A stretch of 57,606 nt of DNA from Channa argus (Eukaryota), in NCBI RefSeq assembly GCF_033026475.1, contig NC_090210.1, forward strand, positions 20,187,894-20,245,499, written 5' to 3'. The notes below the pieces were generated by a model. That model was given only the letters and a program-made list of their open reading frames with translations, searched no databases and was not told the DNA's origin. The translations under genes were made by a program, and so were the position numbers. Shown in pieces: positions 38,461 to 53,193 of the stretch (position 1 is the first letter of the stretch; the number at the start of each line of letters is the position of its first letter).

Positions 38461-38819
38461 CACATACCATTAATTACCTAATTTCCCCTTTTTCCACTCA
38501 CTGCTCGATCTTATAAAGAAAAAGTCATGACATACAAGGGTGAGTCAACTTTAGACTCCCTGTATCCCTCTGATCTGATGACTCAGCCCTGTGATGAACT
38601 TTGAATAATTTTGTACCACAACACACCACAATTCTTTTAGTATCATTAGCCACAAAGTAACCACAGTGGCTTCCAAATCGCATCAAAAACACAAAAGACA
38701 CAGGTGAATTACTGTTCATAAACAGACATTTTTATTTGTATTTTAACCCCAGATACACAACAGCACTGCTCATTTTAATTATTCATGTCATACAAGGCAG
38801 AAAAGAAAAAACTGTGAGA

Positions 38820-38829
38820 TTTATTTATT
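38820..38829 (-). terminator. copa: copa polyadenylation signal (AATAAA on minus strand), about 190 nt after stop
   Basis: Plus-strand tttatttattt, reverse complement AAATAAATAAA. Confidence 0.5.
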
Positions 38830-39015
38830 TAGCTCTACTAAAACCACAGCACAGAGACGAGGCAGCAGCAGTTACAAGAAAAAGCTTTTTGCAGGATAGT
38901 TGGTGACTGGACTTAGATACAGAATTACAGAAGTTTAACATCACTGTGAGCAAGCATTTGTATATTTTACTTCTAAGTGGATGTGTTCTACTGAAGATCT
39001 TCTCTTCACGTCCTC

Positions 39016-39075
39016 TTAACGGAACTGAAGTGGACTCACACGCAGGCCGATCACATCCTTGCCAATCTCTGTCAC
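39016..39075 (-). CDS. copa: Coatomer alpha last exon VTEIGKDVIGLRVSPLQFR*
   Basis: Acceptor tttcctag|GTG, stop TAA 39016-39018. Identical to human C-term except I->V. Confidence 0.9.
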   Translation of the reverse strand: MTEIGKDVIGLRVSPLQFR

Positions 39076-39598
39076 CTAGGAAATAAGGTGACATTTCAGG
39101 TTACAAGCCCAAACAGTGGAAAATACAATCAATAAACTTTTTGTGACCTATGTTTTTTTAACAGATACTGACAGCACTAACCAAACCCAACCTCAAACTG
39201 ATAATTCTGACTGAATCCAACCTTAAGATAAGTTTGTATCTTAATACACATTACAACAACCACTCCTACAACTTTTGAGTTTAGTTTATTAAGCTTGTTT
39301 TTTTTTTATGCTGACAGAGTCAGAAATATGCCAATTTACTTTTCGGTTTGTCACTGACCACATAATACAAGCTGGTGTTGTGTACTTTCCTGAAAGGTAT
39401 CATGACAGAAAACTGTTGAAATGCAATAATCACATTTTAAAAATGCAAATGCAAAAGTTGATGCCAAATTGTCTCCACTCTTTCATCAATCAGAAATTCT
39501 TGAAAACATTTTTACAGTAAAAAAAAATGTCTATGATAAATGTAATAGTTATTTTTAGCCATTCTAGTTGTAACATGTTGTTCTGAATTCCAACTTAC

Positions 39599-39793
39599 TT
39601 GTGTGACCCTGCAGATTTGGCCTTTGTATGTAGGACAGTAGCAGGCTCCAGACAGAGGGCACTTCTCAACAGGGCGTCCGCGATACAGGGGGACAAACGA
39701 CGCAGCACACATGTCAAATGGATTGTGGGGATCGTAGTTCAACTGGTGGGCATCTGTCAAAGTCTTCTCACAAGCCGCCAAAATCTTGCGGGT
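39599..39793 (-). CDS. copa: copa exon [65 protein letters not shown]
   Basis: ORF 39512..39874(-). Acceptor ctatccag|ACC, donor CAA|gtaagt. Confidence 0.9.
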
Positions 39794-39908
39794 CTGGATA
39801 GCAGTGAGACATTTATAATTATGAATTCCAAGTCCAAAACTGTCAATTTGAAAAACTGAAAACGTTAGTGTCAATGAAAACTGCAGTCAGGGATGTTGCA
39901 AATCCCAC

Positions 39909-40070
39909 CTGCTGTGCAACATCAGGCTTTGGCCCCAGTTCAAGCAGGCGCCGGGCAAACCCAGCAGCTGTCTTGAAGTTACGCAGTTTGAAGAAGAGGT
40001 TTAGAGCTGTGCGCAACACCAGCACCATGTGGACTGGCTGGAGGTTACAGTGGGTGAAGTAAGCAGCCAT
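39909..40070 (-). CDS. copa: copa exon [54 protein letters not shown]
   Basis: ORF 39843..40070(-). Acceptor ctgacag|ATG, donor CAG|gtggga. Confidence 0.9.
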
Positions 40071-40214
40071 CTGTCAGAAAGAACACACACATTCTTTAGA
40101 ATATTCTGCTTAAGAATAAAACAGATGTAACAGAATTAATCACAACAGATTAAACCGAACAGAGTGACACATATAGGTTAGATAAGTGGGTCTACATAAA
40201 GCCCAGATCTTCAC

Positions 40215-40325
40215 CTCGCAAAGCCTCTTCTGCTGTTCCAATGTGTCTTTAGGCAACTTCTTCCTCTCGGTCTCCATGGTCAGACCCACTATGTACTCTT
40301 TGCAAATTGTGATCAGCTGCTGAGC
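40215..40325 (-). CDS. copa: copa exon [37 protein letters not shown]
   Basis: ORF 40140..40340(-). Acceptor gtttcag|GCT, donor GAG|gtgaag. Confidence 0.9.
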
Positions 40326-40557
40326 CTGAAACATAAACAAATGCTAGTCATTCAGCGGACTTTGCACATTTAATAAAGTCAAAATTCTCAATAACTGCAT
40401 CTGAAACACATTATTTGATAGTTTTATGGTATGTAAGCTGGGGTAGAGTGGTATTAACAAAAACCAGCAACACGCGCAGCCTAGATAGTATTTCTCATGC
40501 AATCTTTTTACTCCACTTTGAAATTAACTCAGAGCCAAAGCATTTCCTCACTCTCAC

Positions 40558-40740
40558 CTCTGTAATCTCCTGCTTGTTATCAACCACCAGCAGAGGAATT
40601 GACAGCAGGATGGTTCTAAAGCGCTCAACAGCTTCCTCAAACCGTCCAGCAGTGGTCAGCTGGTAGCACTGCTGTAGGCGGGAGATGAGGTCAGAGAGGC
40701 GCAGGCCCACTGCAGGCAGTCCCTGCTTTGCCCCACAGTC
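40558..40740 (-). CDS. copa: copa exon [61 protein letters not shown]
   Basis: ORF 40495..40710(-). Acceptor tttag|GAC, donor GAG|gtgaga. Confidence 0.9.
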
Positions 40741-40918
40741 CTAAAAATAAACAAATCATTTGTATAATGGTTGGAAACAACAAGGGAGGACCAGGATACA
40801 TTTTTACTATGAAGTGTCTGAGTCTTAAGAAAACTGGAATATGAAATACAGTACTATTAACAACACGCTGTGATCCTTAATAACAGATGACAAACAAACT
40901 AAGCTAAACTAGTCGTAC

Positions 40919-41059
40919 CTTCCAGTTTCTCTGAGGATGACTGCGCAGGCAGGGCAGGGAAGGCAGTCCCAAATAACAGGTGCGCCCCCTGGACAGAGAT
41001 TGCATGAAAAGCGACTTGTAGGGCCCAAAATTCACAACTCCCACCTGGTCATGCAGCAG
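40919..41059 (-). CDS. copa: copa exon [47 protein letters not shown]
   Basis: ORF 40904..41149(-). Acceptor actacag|CTG, donor AAG|gtacga. Confidence 0.9.
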
Positions 41060-41153
41060 CTGTAGTAGAGAAGGACAACAGCAAATGTAGGATACAATGC
41101 ATAAAATAATGTCACAGCCAGTCATAAGAAATAATATCAAACTGTGCACATAC

Positions 41154-41300
41154 TCTCATGGCAGTTTCAAAGGAGCCAGCCAGTATGTGGTCCACAGGCA
41201 GCTGCGAGTTGTTGCACCACATCTGGGCTGGACTCATGCCCTTTGTTGGTGGAACAAAGAAGCCATCCTCAGCTCCTCCACCTGCTCCAGTCGGTATGTC
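41154..41300 (-). CDS. copa: copa exon [49 protein letters not shown]
   Basis: Acceptor caacag|GAC, donor AGA|gtatgt. Matches human [49 protein letters not shown]. Confidence 0.85.
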
Positions 41301-41500
41301 CTGTTGATTAAGAGAAAGACAATGCTACAGTACCACAGTAAAATAAGCAACAGTGCTGAGAAGATTTGGAAGAGAAGTTACTTGAGAATAAATAATTGAC
41401 AACATCGCACATTAGTCATCTGACAAGAATTAAGCAGGAGTTGTTTGTGTTTAGCATTAAACCTGATTTATTAACAGTATAATGTTTTGGGTCTCCTCAC

Positions 41501-41604
41501 CAGCTCTGGAGGGAGGTCGAGGTCTTCTTCCACCTCCCAGCCTCCTCCCTCCTCTTTCCCAACTCCTTCATCCCCTAATCCTTCAGGGGCATCCATGAAG
41601 CCAT
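41501..41604 (-). CDS. copa: copa acidic-linker exon (D)[34 protein letters not shown]
   Basis: Acceptor tctgtcag|AT GGC, donor CTG|gtgagg. Confidence 0.8.
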
Positions 41605-41721
41605 CTGACAGAGACAGACAAAAGGGATAATCAATTTATTTAATCAATTTTTTTGAGCGTTAGAAACACTGATGACGTGGTTCAGTCTGTTTGCTGAAAG
41701 GTTAAAGTATGTTTAGTTTAC

Positions 41722-41811
41722 CTTCATCCAGTTGAAGCTCTGCATCGTCTCCCCAGCCCTCGCCTCCTGAAGCATCCATGTCCAGGTCAGCAGCCATCTG
41801 ACCTGCCTTTC
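41722..41811 (-). CDS. copa: copa exon (G)KAGQMAADLDMDASGGEGWGDDAELQLDE(D)
   Basis: ORF 41702..41890(-). Acceptor aatatag|GA AAG, donor GAA G|gtaaac. Confidence 0.8.
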
Positions 41812-41930
41812 CTATATTCAAAAACATTGTTTTCATTATAGCAAAATCAGTTGCCAAAGATTTCCACATAAATTTCATTTGAAATGCCATTTTTCAACAC
41901 TGCATGCATCTATGAAGGCCGGCGACCCAC

Positions 41931-42054
41931 CCTTTGCTGCAATGGCTCCCTCGAAGAAGCCCTTTGATACAGTGAGCAGAGGCCAATTAGTGTCCAGAGG
42001 GTTGATGGGTGGAGGTGGCTGCAGCAGTTGTGCATTGGGATCAACCTCTGGCAC
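41931..42054 (-). CDS. copa: copa exon [41 protein letters not shown](G)
   Basis: Acceptor ttttag|GTG, donor AAG G|gtgggt. Confidence 0.85.
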
Positions 42055-42248
42055 CTAAAAGACATGGGATTCAACTTATTTTAATGAAATTAGGTATTTA
42101 TTCACAATGCTTGCAGTGCATCTACTTTATATAAAACAAAACCACACATTAAATGCTGTGCTACATTAAGAAAAAACCTAGAGAATGGACTGCTATTATT
42201 TTAAACTACATGTTGTCCACGTTAATGTGTATATTGTCCCAAACGCAC

Positions 42249-42337
42249 CGTCTCCTTTTCCAAGTCAAAAGTCTCCATAAGTGCCTCGGCCTCTTCATCC
42301 AGACCATGGGTGGCTGCAGTCAGGTAGGCCAGAGACT
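42249..42337 (-). CDS. copa: copa exon (K)[29 protein letters not shown]
   Basis: Acceptor tttgcag|AG TCT, donor ACG|gtgcgt. Confidence 0.85.
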
Positions 42338-42430
42338 CTGCAAACATGCACACAAACAGTTACAGAATTATTCCCTGTTTTAGATCATGCATAAGAGTGA
42401 ATGAGTTATGAAGGGGAAAATTGAAATTAC

Positions 42431-42526
42431 TCTGTCCACAGTTCTTCAATATGCGGACCCTCTCACTGACATCTCCCAGGTAAAGAGCTGCTTGATAGTG
42501 ACCGCTCATGTCCTTCCTGATCTCAG
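42431..42526 (-). CDS. copa: copa exon (A)[31 protein letters not shown](K)
   Basis: Acceptor tctgcag|CT GAG, donor CAG A|gtaatt. Confidence 0.85.
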
Positions 42527-42668
42527 CTGCAGACAAAGAGTACTCAGATATGAAAGATTCTTAACGACAAATCAATCATATGGTAAATATTCTTCACGAC
42601 AATACTCTTAAGACAAATCCTCCACTAATCGAAACAACAAATCTTTTATTACAGCCATCATCACTCAC

Positions 42669-42858
42669 CAATCTTCATCATCTTGCGCAGCTTGAGCAGG
42701 TTGCCAGTGATGAGATAGAGGAAGGTGAGCTTGTCAAAGTTCTTGGTCCTCTGGTAGCACATTTCCACAACCTGGTGGTGACCCTGCAACAGTGCAGCCT
42801 CACCCAGACGCTCCCAGCAGCTGCGCTCATCCAGGGCCTTAGCTGCCTCCAGGGCCAC
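42669..42858 (-). CDS. copa: copa exon [63 protein letters not shown](A)
   Basis: ORF 42661..42858(-). Acceptor tttag|GTG, donor ATT G|gtgagt. Confidence 0.9.
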
Positions 42859-43069
42859 CTAAAGTGTGAAGAAAAGACATTTAATAGGAAGTAACTTACA
42901 CCTGGATATCATTAAAAACAAAAAGACAAAGCAAGACGCTATAGGAAAAATGCAATGCCATCTTGGCTTATGTGTTTGCATAAACTCCACAAATGCATAC
43001 AGAAAAATTACAGGATTACAGAATTTAGAAACTGGGTACATGTGTTCAATTAAAAAACAAGATAGATTA

Positions 43070-43258
<189 letters not shown>

Positions 43259-43381
43259 TCAGAACTGGCGCTTGGAAACTAAACTGAAACTAAGCATGCA
43301 CAGTAACAAGACATTTCATTTCCTCTGCTGCAGATCTTTGGTATAAACAAAATTTTGCATTTACACAGATAATGGTCATTA

Positions 43382-43573
<192 letters not shown>

Positions 43574-43966
43574 TTACAAGTCGTCAAAAACATCCAATCA
43601 CAAGATGTAAATCACATTTTAACAGTGAAAAAAATATTCTTGATTGCAAATTCATTTTAAACGACTAATTAAATGTAACTTAAAAAACTAAAATGTTGTT
43701 TAACAAGCATAGCTGTGTTACTGGTACCTCTGTTCTATAAAAAGCTTTTTAATCTTTGAAATCAGATCAGTGAAAACCTAAAAATAGTGTGTCAGTCAGT
43801 CAAGCTGGTACATTTTGGCTTCCTATGTCTGCATCTCCAGTAACTATTGTGCTATCTCAGCAAGGTCTTATTGTGTACCATTTACCGCTGCAGCCATTTA
43901 CCAGATTATGACAGACTCAGGTCAAGTGTTGTGTTAAATGAGATAACTCTTCCCAGCAGCACATAC

Positions 43967-44105
43967 CCAGACGTCAGAGCATATTTGATGTGGTTGGAGG
44001 TGGTGTAGATAAAAACCCCGCTCTCGTCCCAGGCTCCACTCTTCACGCGAATGTTTTCATGAATGTTGCAAAGACTTTCCAGCTTACGGTTGCAGATCAT
44101 GATGG
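43967..44105 (-). CDS. copa: copa exon (A)[45 protein letters not shown](G)
   Basis: ORF 43906..44130(-). Acceptor cactgcag|CC ATC, donor TCT GG|gtatgt. Confidence 0.9.
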
Positions 44106-44262
44106 CTGCAGTGTGAAAAAAGAAAGACAAAGAGATTTAGACACAAAGATTTATTCGAAATTATTCCAGAATGTTTTTAAGCTTCAACATATTTAGGAGA
44201 TAAAGATGTTGTGGCTCTGCATTAAGTGCCCTTGCCTATACACAAAGGTATTATCTACTCAC

Positions 44263-44488
44263 CGTGTTTAGCCAGCAGAGCCACGTGGCTGGTGTCAGCG
44301 CTCCACACCACGTACTTGACCTTGGCAATCTTGACGGTGGCCAGAGAGCGTTTTTGCTGTACATCGAACAGCGTGACACCATCAGCATCACGCAGCAGCA
44401 ATGAACCGGTTCCGGCGTAGAAGATTTCCTCGCAGCTTGGCACCTGAACTTTCTTCACAATTTCATTCTTCAAGTTCTTAATCAAAAG
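44263..44488 (-). CDS. copa: copa exon [75 protein letters not shown]
   Basis: ORF 44255..44494(-). Acceptor ttttgcag|CTT, donor CAC G|gtgagt. Confidence 0.9.
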
Positions 44489-44751
44489 CTGCAAAACAAA
44501 AGAAACTTATTAGAAAACCACATTTCAAGCTAATTTCTACTACAACACATGCTAAACACAAAAAAGAATTACATCTTTAGAGCATCACTTTCAAACTCTA
44601 CATTTTGGATTCGACTTTATGCAACTTAATTCCACAGACTTTCAATAATCAAATACACAGCATAACACTATTCAATGATTTATATCATAAAACTAAATTT
44701 TGCAACACAAAGTTCTTTTAAAAAAGAACTTTGACGACATTGACACACTTA

Positions 44752-44889
<138 letters not shown>

Positions 44890-45070
44890 CTATGTTACTT
44901 CCTTCACAAAGTAAAGCACATTTAAAATTTGTTGCATCCAAATAGCAAAATATTAGCAATTATACAATAAATCATATGACATGATATCTAACTACAGTCA
45001 CACTACAAAAAGATAAAATATAGATGCAAAGTAAGGTTTGGTGTTTACGGGAAAAATAATAAAAATTTAC

Positions 45071-45146
45071 CATCAGGGTTCTGAGAGTCACTTTCTTTAG
45101 GAATGGAGTATAGGTCATAGGTGCTATTCTCCAGGTTGGTCGCCCT
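45071..45146 (-). CDS. copa: copa exon [25 protein letters not shown]
   Basis: Acceptor ctgcag|AGG, donor GAT G|gtaaat. Confidence 0.85.
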
Positions 45147-45248
45147 CTGCAGGATGTAAAGTGCATAACATCAAAAACATGGAAGACAATTCCACTGAAG
45201 TGTCAGTACATATGGTAAGTATTAAGTGTACGATAGTATTTGAACTCA

Positions 45249-45425
<177 letters not shown>

Positions 45426-45428
45426 CTA

Positions 45429-45686
<258 letters not shown>

Positions 45687-45982
45687 TTAAAATTTACAAT
45701 GTAAATAAATTATTTGGAATCACCGGTTAGAAATCGTCAAATCCCACGAAAGGGGGCCTGAATTATGCAAAAAAAGTCTTCATATTTTCAGGAAGAACAT
45801 GAAATATGCACAAGTGTGGTCTTTAGTGAGTATAAATTCTGTTTTTACATAAAAACAAATCCGAAATAAGAGGAACATTTGTGAAAAAAAATCTTTGTTA
45901 AAAGTGCCTAAGAGAGTTTTAAGAAGATATATTTAAGAACAGTGAATGAGGTTCAATACTTTTTATTACTAGACCAGTGTCA

Positions 45983-46294
<312 letters not shown>

Positions 46295-46435
46295 TCATAT
46301 CAAGTATATTTAAGTAATATAAATAAATATGTCTTTGATGATGGCCCTTGATTTTCTATTTAAGTTAAAAGTTTCCATTTTAATGGTTACTGGGCATTAG
46401 CTTGTTGGGGACGTAACTTTATTTGTTAAACTTTA

Positions 46436-46570
<135 letters not shown>

Positions 46571-46928
46571 TCAAGGCGTTAAGACACACAAACTCAAACA
46601 CAACTCTTTCAACTGTTCAGATACAGGCTTACTGAAACTATAAGTAAACATTATTCTTTAGTCTACGCCTTTAAAAAAAATGTGTATTTTAACAAAAGAC
46701 AGCTGGAAAGAATACTGTAGAATACTAGTGATGTTACTAATGTTAAAGCCAACTGAGGCAGTTTAGTCTTTACTTCGACAGGGCTTTTTTTTTGGAGTCA
46801 AGACTCAAAAACACACTGTTGATTAGTTTTGCAAATATATATAATTATAATTTATAATTTAATAAATCCAATAAATTAAGCTGGAATTTTCCATGAACAT
46901 AACTATACACATGTAAGTTGCAACTGAC

Positions 46929-47038
46929 CTCAAGGACATGTTTGACAACAGCATCTGAGGCTCCGAACAAGTCAACACCAGAGATGCCGCGCACCTCTGT
47001 CTCAACAGCGCCTGGGGACAAGTTCTTCTTCCTCAGAC
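46929..47038 (-). CDS. copa: copa exon (G)[36 protein letters not shown]
   Basis: ORF 46845..47051(-). Acceptor ttccag|GT CTG, donor GAG|gtcagt. Confidence 0.9.
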
Positions 47039-48473
47039 CTGGAACCAACATTCAGTGCACAGCGTGCAAGGGGGAGCCATGTTTATGTTACACAAGACAT
47101 AAAAACAGTCGGAGAGAAAGGCAAACGATTAAAATAATCAAACAGGGAGCAATATATTGGGAGAAAAGAAGCAGGAAAGGGTAATATGTGGAGAGGAGAG
47201 ATAACTGCTGGACTACTGAACACACACATGGATGAAAAACACCAACACAACCTCTGCTCTCTCTCAATTCCCACCAACTTGAGTCTGTAAACAATCATGG
47301 ATGTAGGAGTATTGTTGATTGGGTTAATGAATCACTGGCAAACAGGTGAAAATCACATTTGCTTATGATTTGATTGGACAACACAGCAAGGTTAATGATT
47401 ATCTGCCAGACTCAAAACGTGATCGGGACAACAAAATGTTGAGAAAACACAGCTTGCATTTGTGATTCCTGCCATTTAAAATTTTGTGGTAAACAGACAG
47501 CTCAACAGCATGAAGAAATGACAGAGTGAACGAAATGGCACTAGGAACCCATGTGCAGATGTGGATGTTTCCAGGGAGAACATGGGAAAAGGAGGACACA
47601 GAGAATGCGTGTGGACTTGGCTGATGGGGGTGGGGTTGGTCGGAGATGTAAAGAAGTGCTCTGATGGGGCGTTGTCAGTAATATGAGCTTAGGAGTTTGG
47701 CTTGACTGATTAGTGTTTATGTCACATGCTGAGTTAGGAATCTTACATTTACATTTAAGGGTTAGGAGAAATGTTTAGCACTATTATGATTATGGCTACA
47801 AACGATATAAACACCATTTCATGTTTCATGCTAGTTTCAGTAGTACAGTCAGTCATGCCAATATCATGCAAGAGGTGTATTAACAATATTTTAGTGCTGT
47901 TTTAGTCTAAATGTTTAAAACCAGCTAATACTTTCAAACCAGCTAGTGGTTGATTGTTGCAGTTTTTCTTGATGCAATTTAAGCCACCAGTAAAAAAAGC
48001 CCAGAATACAAAAGGGCTTCTCATAATGCAAAGGCAAGTGCAAAGTCACACTTCCTAAAAAGCTACATGGACGCTGCGCGTGTGACTTAGGCGGACAGCA
48101 TGAAAACTGTACACCCTGATGTCATGCGATCCAACAGTTCATACAAACTGTGTGGATAGATGCAATCATGCTCAATGTTAAAAAATGTGAAAGCAAACAT
48201 ATCAATCAGAACAAGAGAATGTTACAGATAAAAAGCGTATGAAGGTCAACATGTAAGAAAGGGGAGATGCAAGCAAATTAATGGTTTAGTTTTGAACATA
48301 AATACACATAAAATACAAAAACACCAACAGCAAATATTTTAGGTGCATGCACAGACACAGAAACACTTCTCCGATTTCTATTTTTACTACACCCTATACC
48401 TCTGTAAACCCATTTGTTCGTTAAGAAGTGGAGTGTTTCATTCACAAATACCACACTATTTTTTTATTTTATT

Positions 48474-48560
48474 TATTTTTTGTCCTTTCGGCTTATCCCG
48501 TGAGTTCAGGGTCGCCACATACATAATTGTCCCCATGTTGATTTGGCACACTATAAATAT
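48474..48560 (-). repeat. Interspersed repeat copy 2 (same family as 19176-19300) in copa intron
   Basis: ttttttgtcctttcggcttatcccgtgagttcagggtcgccaca...ccccatgttgatttggcac. Confidence 0.7.
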
Positions 48561-48675
48561 GATAAATAAATGTGCTAGTTTATGTCCCTGTCGCTTTCTA
48601 TCAGGTGAAGTGTTTCTGCAATGAGCCCACAGAGAGATGTCCTCTACAAGTAGCAGACAAAGAAGAGGAGATTCA

Positions 48676-48927
<252 letters not shown>

Positions 48928-48993
48928 CTAGACATTATAGAACAAAATATTAATACTTTTAGTTTTAACATTGCCATTTATAAAATGACTTAC

Positions 48994-49070
48994 CAGACGC
49001 AGGTCCTGGACTGCCAGTTCCAGATGCGAATGGTCTGGTCATCTGAGGCACTCAGAATCCAAGGATACTC
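48994..49070 (-). CDS. copa: copa exon EYPWILSASDDQTIRIWNWQSRTCV(C)
   Basis: Acceptor ctatag|GAG, donor GTC TG|gtaagt. Confidence 0.9.
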
Positions 49071-49116
49071 CTATAGAAAAAAAAAAACAAACAAAAAAAA
49101 AAACAGCATCTTATTA

Positions 49117-49320
<204 letters not shown>

Positions 49321-49847
49321 TTAGATATGTTTTGCAAAATAAAACAAGCAAAAAAGCCTATGAGACACACCATTAAACACGTACAAAAGCCTTTGGTTGT
49401 TAGGCCCTAGTCGAACATGCCATTTCACACTGTGGTTAAAAGCTCCAACTGACCGTGTGCACAGATGTTTTCTCAAGTTCTTGTGCTTCATATGTGCATG
49501 GATAACATAACTATAGTAATTGCTATTGATGTTGCTGTTCTGCCTAGATGGAACGTGCTGTATGGGGTGCATGGGGAACACAAAACCCCTACAAACCAGA
49601 AATACAACCTATCATGTTGTGAAAAATTAAATGTTTTAACTATTTCACTGGAGTCATTTCATAGTATTGCCAACCTACACAAATGTTACTCAAGGTCTCC
49701 CTACTACTCTGCAAGTAACGCTAATGTGCAAGTGCGTTTAAAGACTCCCAGGTAGATGCTTTAATGAAACTAAATGAACATCATGAAAGATACATACAAA
49801 CGACAGCATTTTAGTGCCGAAAAGGCTTTGCAGCGAGTATTTAATTA

Positions 49848-50018
<171 letters not shown>

Positions 50019-50095
50019 TATATTCTAAAAAAAACAAACAATAAACAATACAAACACTTTCCAATTAGTAATTATACTGATATGCACATCAGCTA

Positions 50096-50290
<195 letters not shown>

Positions 50291-50295
50291 TCAGA

Positions 50296-50392
50296 TTACT
50301 AGATTTTTGCTTGCCTTGTACCTCACTTGTAAGTCGCTTTGGATAAAAGCGTTTGCTAAATGACTAAATGTAAATGTAAACTATACTTTAAC
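50296..50392. repeat. Teleost repeat tail motif ...gtacctcacttgtaagtcgctttggataaaagcgtttgctaaatgactaaatgtaaatgtaaa (copa intron 1)
   Basis: Related copy at 57330-57400 (tgtacatcgcttgtaaagccactttggcctaataacttaaaatgta). Confidence 0.55.
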
Positions 50393-50651
50393 GTTATCAA
50401 ATGGTCCAGTTAATTTACTCTACCGTTAATAGTGCAGTTTGATACGTTAGCTAAGATGGCTAACAGAATGGTCGTGTCCATTAAAGCTGCGTTTGGGAAC
50501 AATATGTGACATGAACGACCTCAAAGAAGAGTCTGTGTTACAAATATTTTCACACGTTAATAGTTTCCAAAAAACAGACATAACTTCCAAATATCAAATA
50601 GGAGTCTGCTAACGCTAGCTTTTCAGCTAACTGCAGCTGGCCAACACTTAC

Positions 50652-50691
50652 CTTTAACACGCGCCGACTTTGTTTCAAATTTAGTTAGCAT
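50652..50691 (-). CDS. copa: copa first coding exon MLTKFETKSARVK(G), start of xenin-like peptide
   Basis: ATG 50689-50691(-), donor AAA G|gtaagt. Identical to human COPA residues 1-13. Confidence 0.9.
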
Positions 50692-50900
50692 TGTGCCTGG
50701 ACAATTGTACAGGCTGAAATTTTAATGCTTCAATAAAATGAAGCTCCGCACTAAACTCAAACGTATATAAAATTTTCAAGAGAAATGAATTCAGTCGGCC
50801 TGGTCGCCTTCGCCCATTTAGCTGATTCTCCCTTTTCCTGACACGTAGCCCGTTCTGTCTTCCGGCTGTGAACAATAAAGTTGCAAGTGAAACGCTGACG
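50692..50900 (-). promoter_or_regulatory. copa: Putative copa 5'UTR and core promoter
   Basis: Immediately 5' of the ATG on the minus strand. CCGGAAG (ETS) and TGCGTCA (CRE half) motifs. Confidence 0.3.
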
Positions 50901-53193
50901 CAGAAAGCTCCACGGCGAATGCACATAGAAATACAATATGTAGAATTTCACTGTCAAAGTGCCTTACAGAGCAAAACGTTAACGTGCCAATTCTAAAAAC
51001 GAATTTCTACACCTGCTGCCCTGGGCTGGTCCACAATGAGCCGGTAATTAGGAACTACTGTACTTTTTACTATAATTTGTGATCACTTAAGTTACTTTTG
51101 GTTAGGTAAGGACTTTCACTTTCAAATGGGCATCACTTCACTGTAATAATGATACTTTTACTTTAACAGAAGATTTGGGTACTTCTGCCACCACTGCTCA
51201 ATGGTACTATTAACTGCATCGGGTTCACTGAAGTTTCAAATGCTTGTTAGATGCATTGCTTTTTCAGAAACTTACATACTCAGAAGTTTCTTAGTAAGGT
51301 ACTTGTACGTTTGTGCTAAAGTAGATTTTCTCACTCCTGGTCCTCAAGGACCCTTGTTCTGCTGGTTTTCCAGCTATCCCGACCTTACCCACTTCTAATT
51401 ACTTGGATCAGGTATGTTCTGTCAATTTGTATTTTCCAGCTTCCGATTGACGGAACACCTGATCCAGGTAATCAGCAGGGAGAAGTGCAGAGATAGTTAC
51501 AAAACAATCCGAGCTGGGATCCCTGGGATTGAGAACCTCAGTTTTAGACTCTGTACTGAGCCTCTATATATACTGAGCTTCTATAACCAAATTTTTATAT
51601 GTATCAATAACGGCTTTTTACAACTTACTAGTACACATGTAAAACCAGACTGATAATTCAAAACCACAAACACATTTTGCAATATATTATTTTATTTCAT
51701 ATATTTACAAAATAGTGTCAAATAAGAGGCTGCATTTTTTAAAATGTTGTTCTGGGCATGTTTGCTTTGGCCCTGAGAGTTAAATGGATTGCAACTCCCT
51801 CATGAAGAGAACCACAGGGTTTTGTGGAACTTCAACAGCAGCCTATTTCTTTTGTGTTAAATGTAAATCTGATCACTATTCAGTGCTGAAACCATTCACA
51901 GCAGCTCCCCTTTATGATACAGTTATTGATGAGATTATGGTCAGGTGATTTCTAGACCTCTATGTAGCAAGAGCGGGAAACTTTTGTCCACTGGCAACAG
52001 CACCCTGTAAACAAACCCACCAACCTCAGCCAAAATGTGCTAGGTAGCCAACAGTGCATATACATGAATTGTATGCTTGTTTGTCTTCTCATGTGACACA
52101 TTGTAATGTTTAGTACTCTGTTAATCACCTTGTCTAGTAAGAACAATGTATTTTTTTATTATAGAGGGCACATGATACAAGTTCTTACTGTCAAGTGGCA
52201 GACACTCATGAATACCACTCAAGCGGTTTCCTTTCTTAGCAGGGAAACCACAACAAAGAAAACACCGCTCTGCACATTAAAAACACTTGGAATTGCAAGG
52301 GAGGAAATTTGCACAGCAAATCTACACTATAATCATCACTGTAATCACACTACAGGGATCTGGAAATCATCTCAATAACTTTAAATCAATACCTGGGAAT
52401 AGGGCTGACACTTGAGGAATGGGTCTCGTTAAAAGTCTGAATTACAGTAAGTGCTGGGAACGTCTCATAAGGTGCTAAATTCTCTCGTCGTTTTAATACT
52501 TTAAACAACTAGCTAACATAATCTAATTTGTTTACAGTTTCTTTACACGTTAATATTGTTAATTAATTAGGTCAAACCCTGTACAGCGTCTACGCACACA
52601 GCTTTGTGTTCAAGTGTATCGAAATACCAAAAATGATACCTAACATAACGTGAACCTGGCGTGATCTTGCAAAAGCAAACTACTTTAAAACTACAATATG
52701 AAGTGCTTAGCTAAATGATAGCAGAATCAACACTTTATGAGACTTAAACTTACTTAAAGACATTTCCAAAGGCACTATTTATACCCGTGATGTGGTTTGA
52801 TGGATTTCACCATGAGGCTAAACAGTACGCAATAAAACACTATGAGAATGGCAGTGGTATTTTCTTTTTTAGAAAAAAAAACAAAAAAAACAATAGAGGA
52901 CCCATGGCAATCGCTGAGAAATTAATGCAGATATCTTGAAATATTCTCAGTTGTGCGTTCAGTGATTTTTTTAAAGAATTGACTCTTTGTGTGTGTGGCT
53001 CTTGTTGGTTTTCTTGCTTTCTCCTATTGTTTCCACACACCTTCTTCTTTAGAGAGAAAAGTGTCAACTGCCTGGTCACACTCCTGCCTGACATTTGTTT
53101 CACTCCGTCAACCCTCCCTCACTTCTTCATTGCTGACACACACAGAGTAACCCTCTGGCTCAAGGGCTTGTGATGGACCACACCGCTGCCTCC

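Noticed and set aside
38825-39094. 89-aa minus ORF overlapping the copa last exon in another frame
   Set aside because: The true frame gives the conserved VTEIGKDVIGLRVSPLQFR* terminus. This ORF is an out-of-frame shadow
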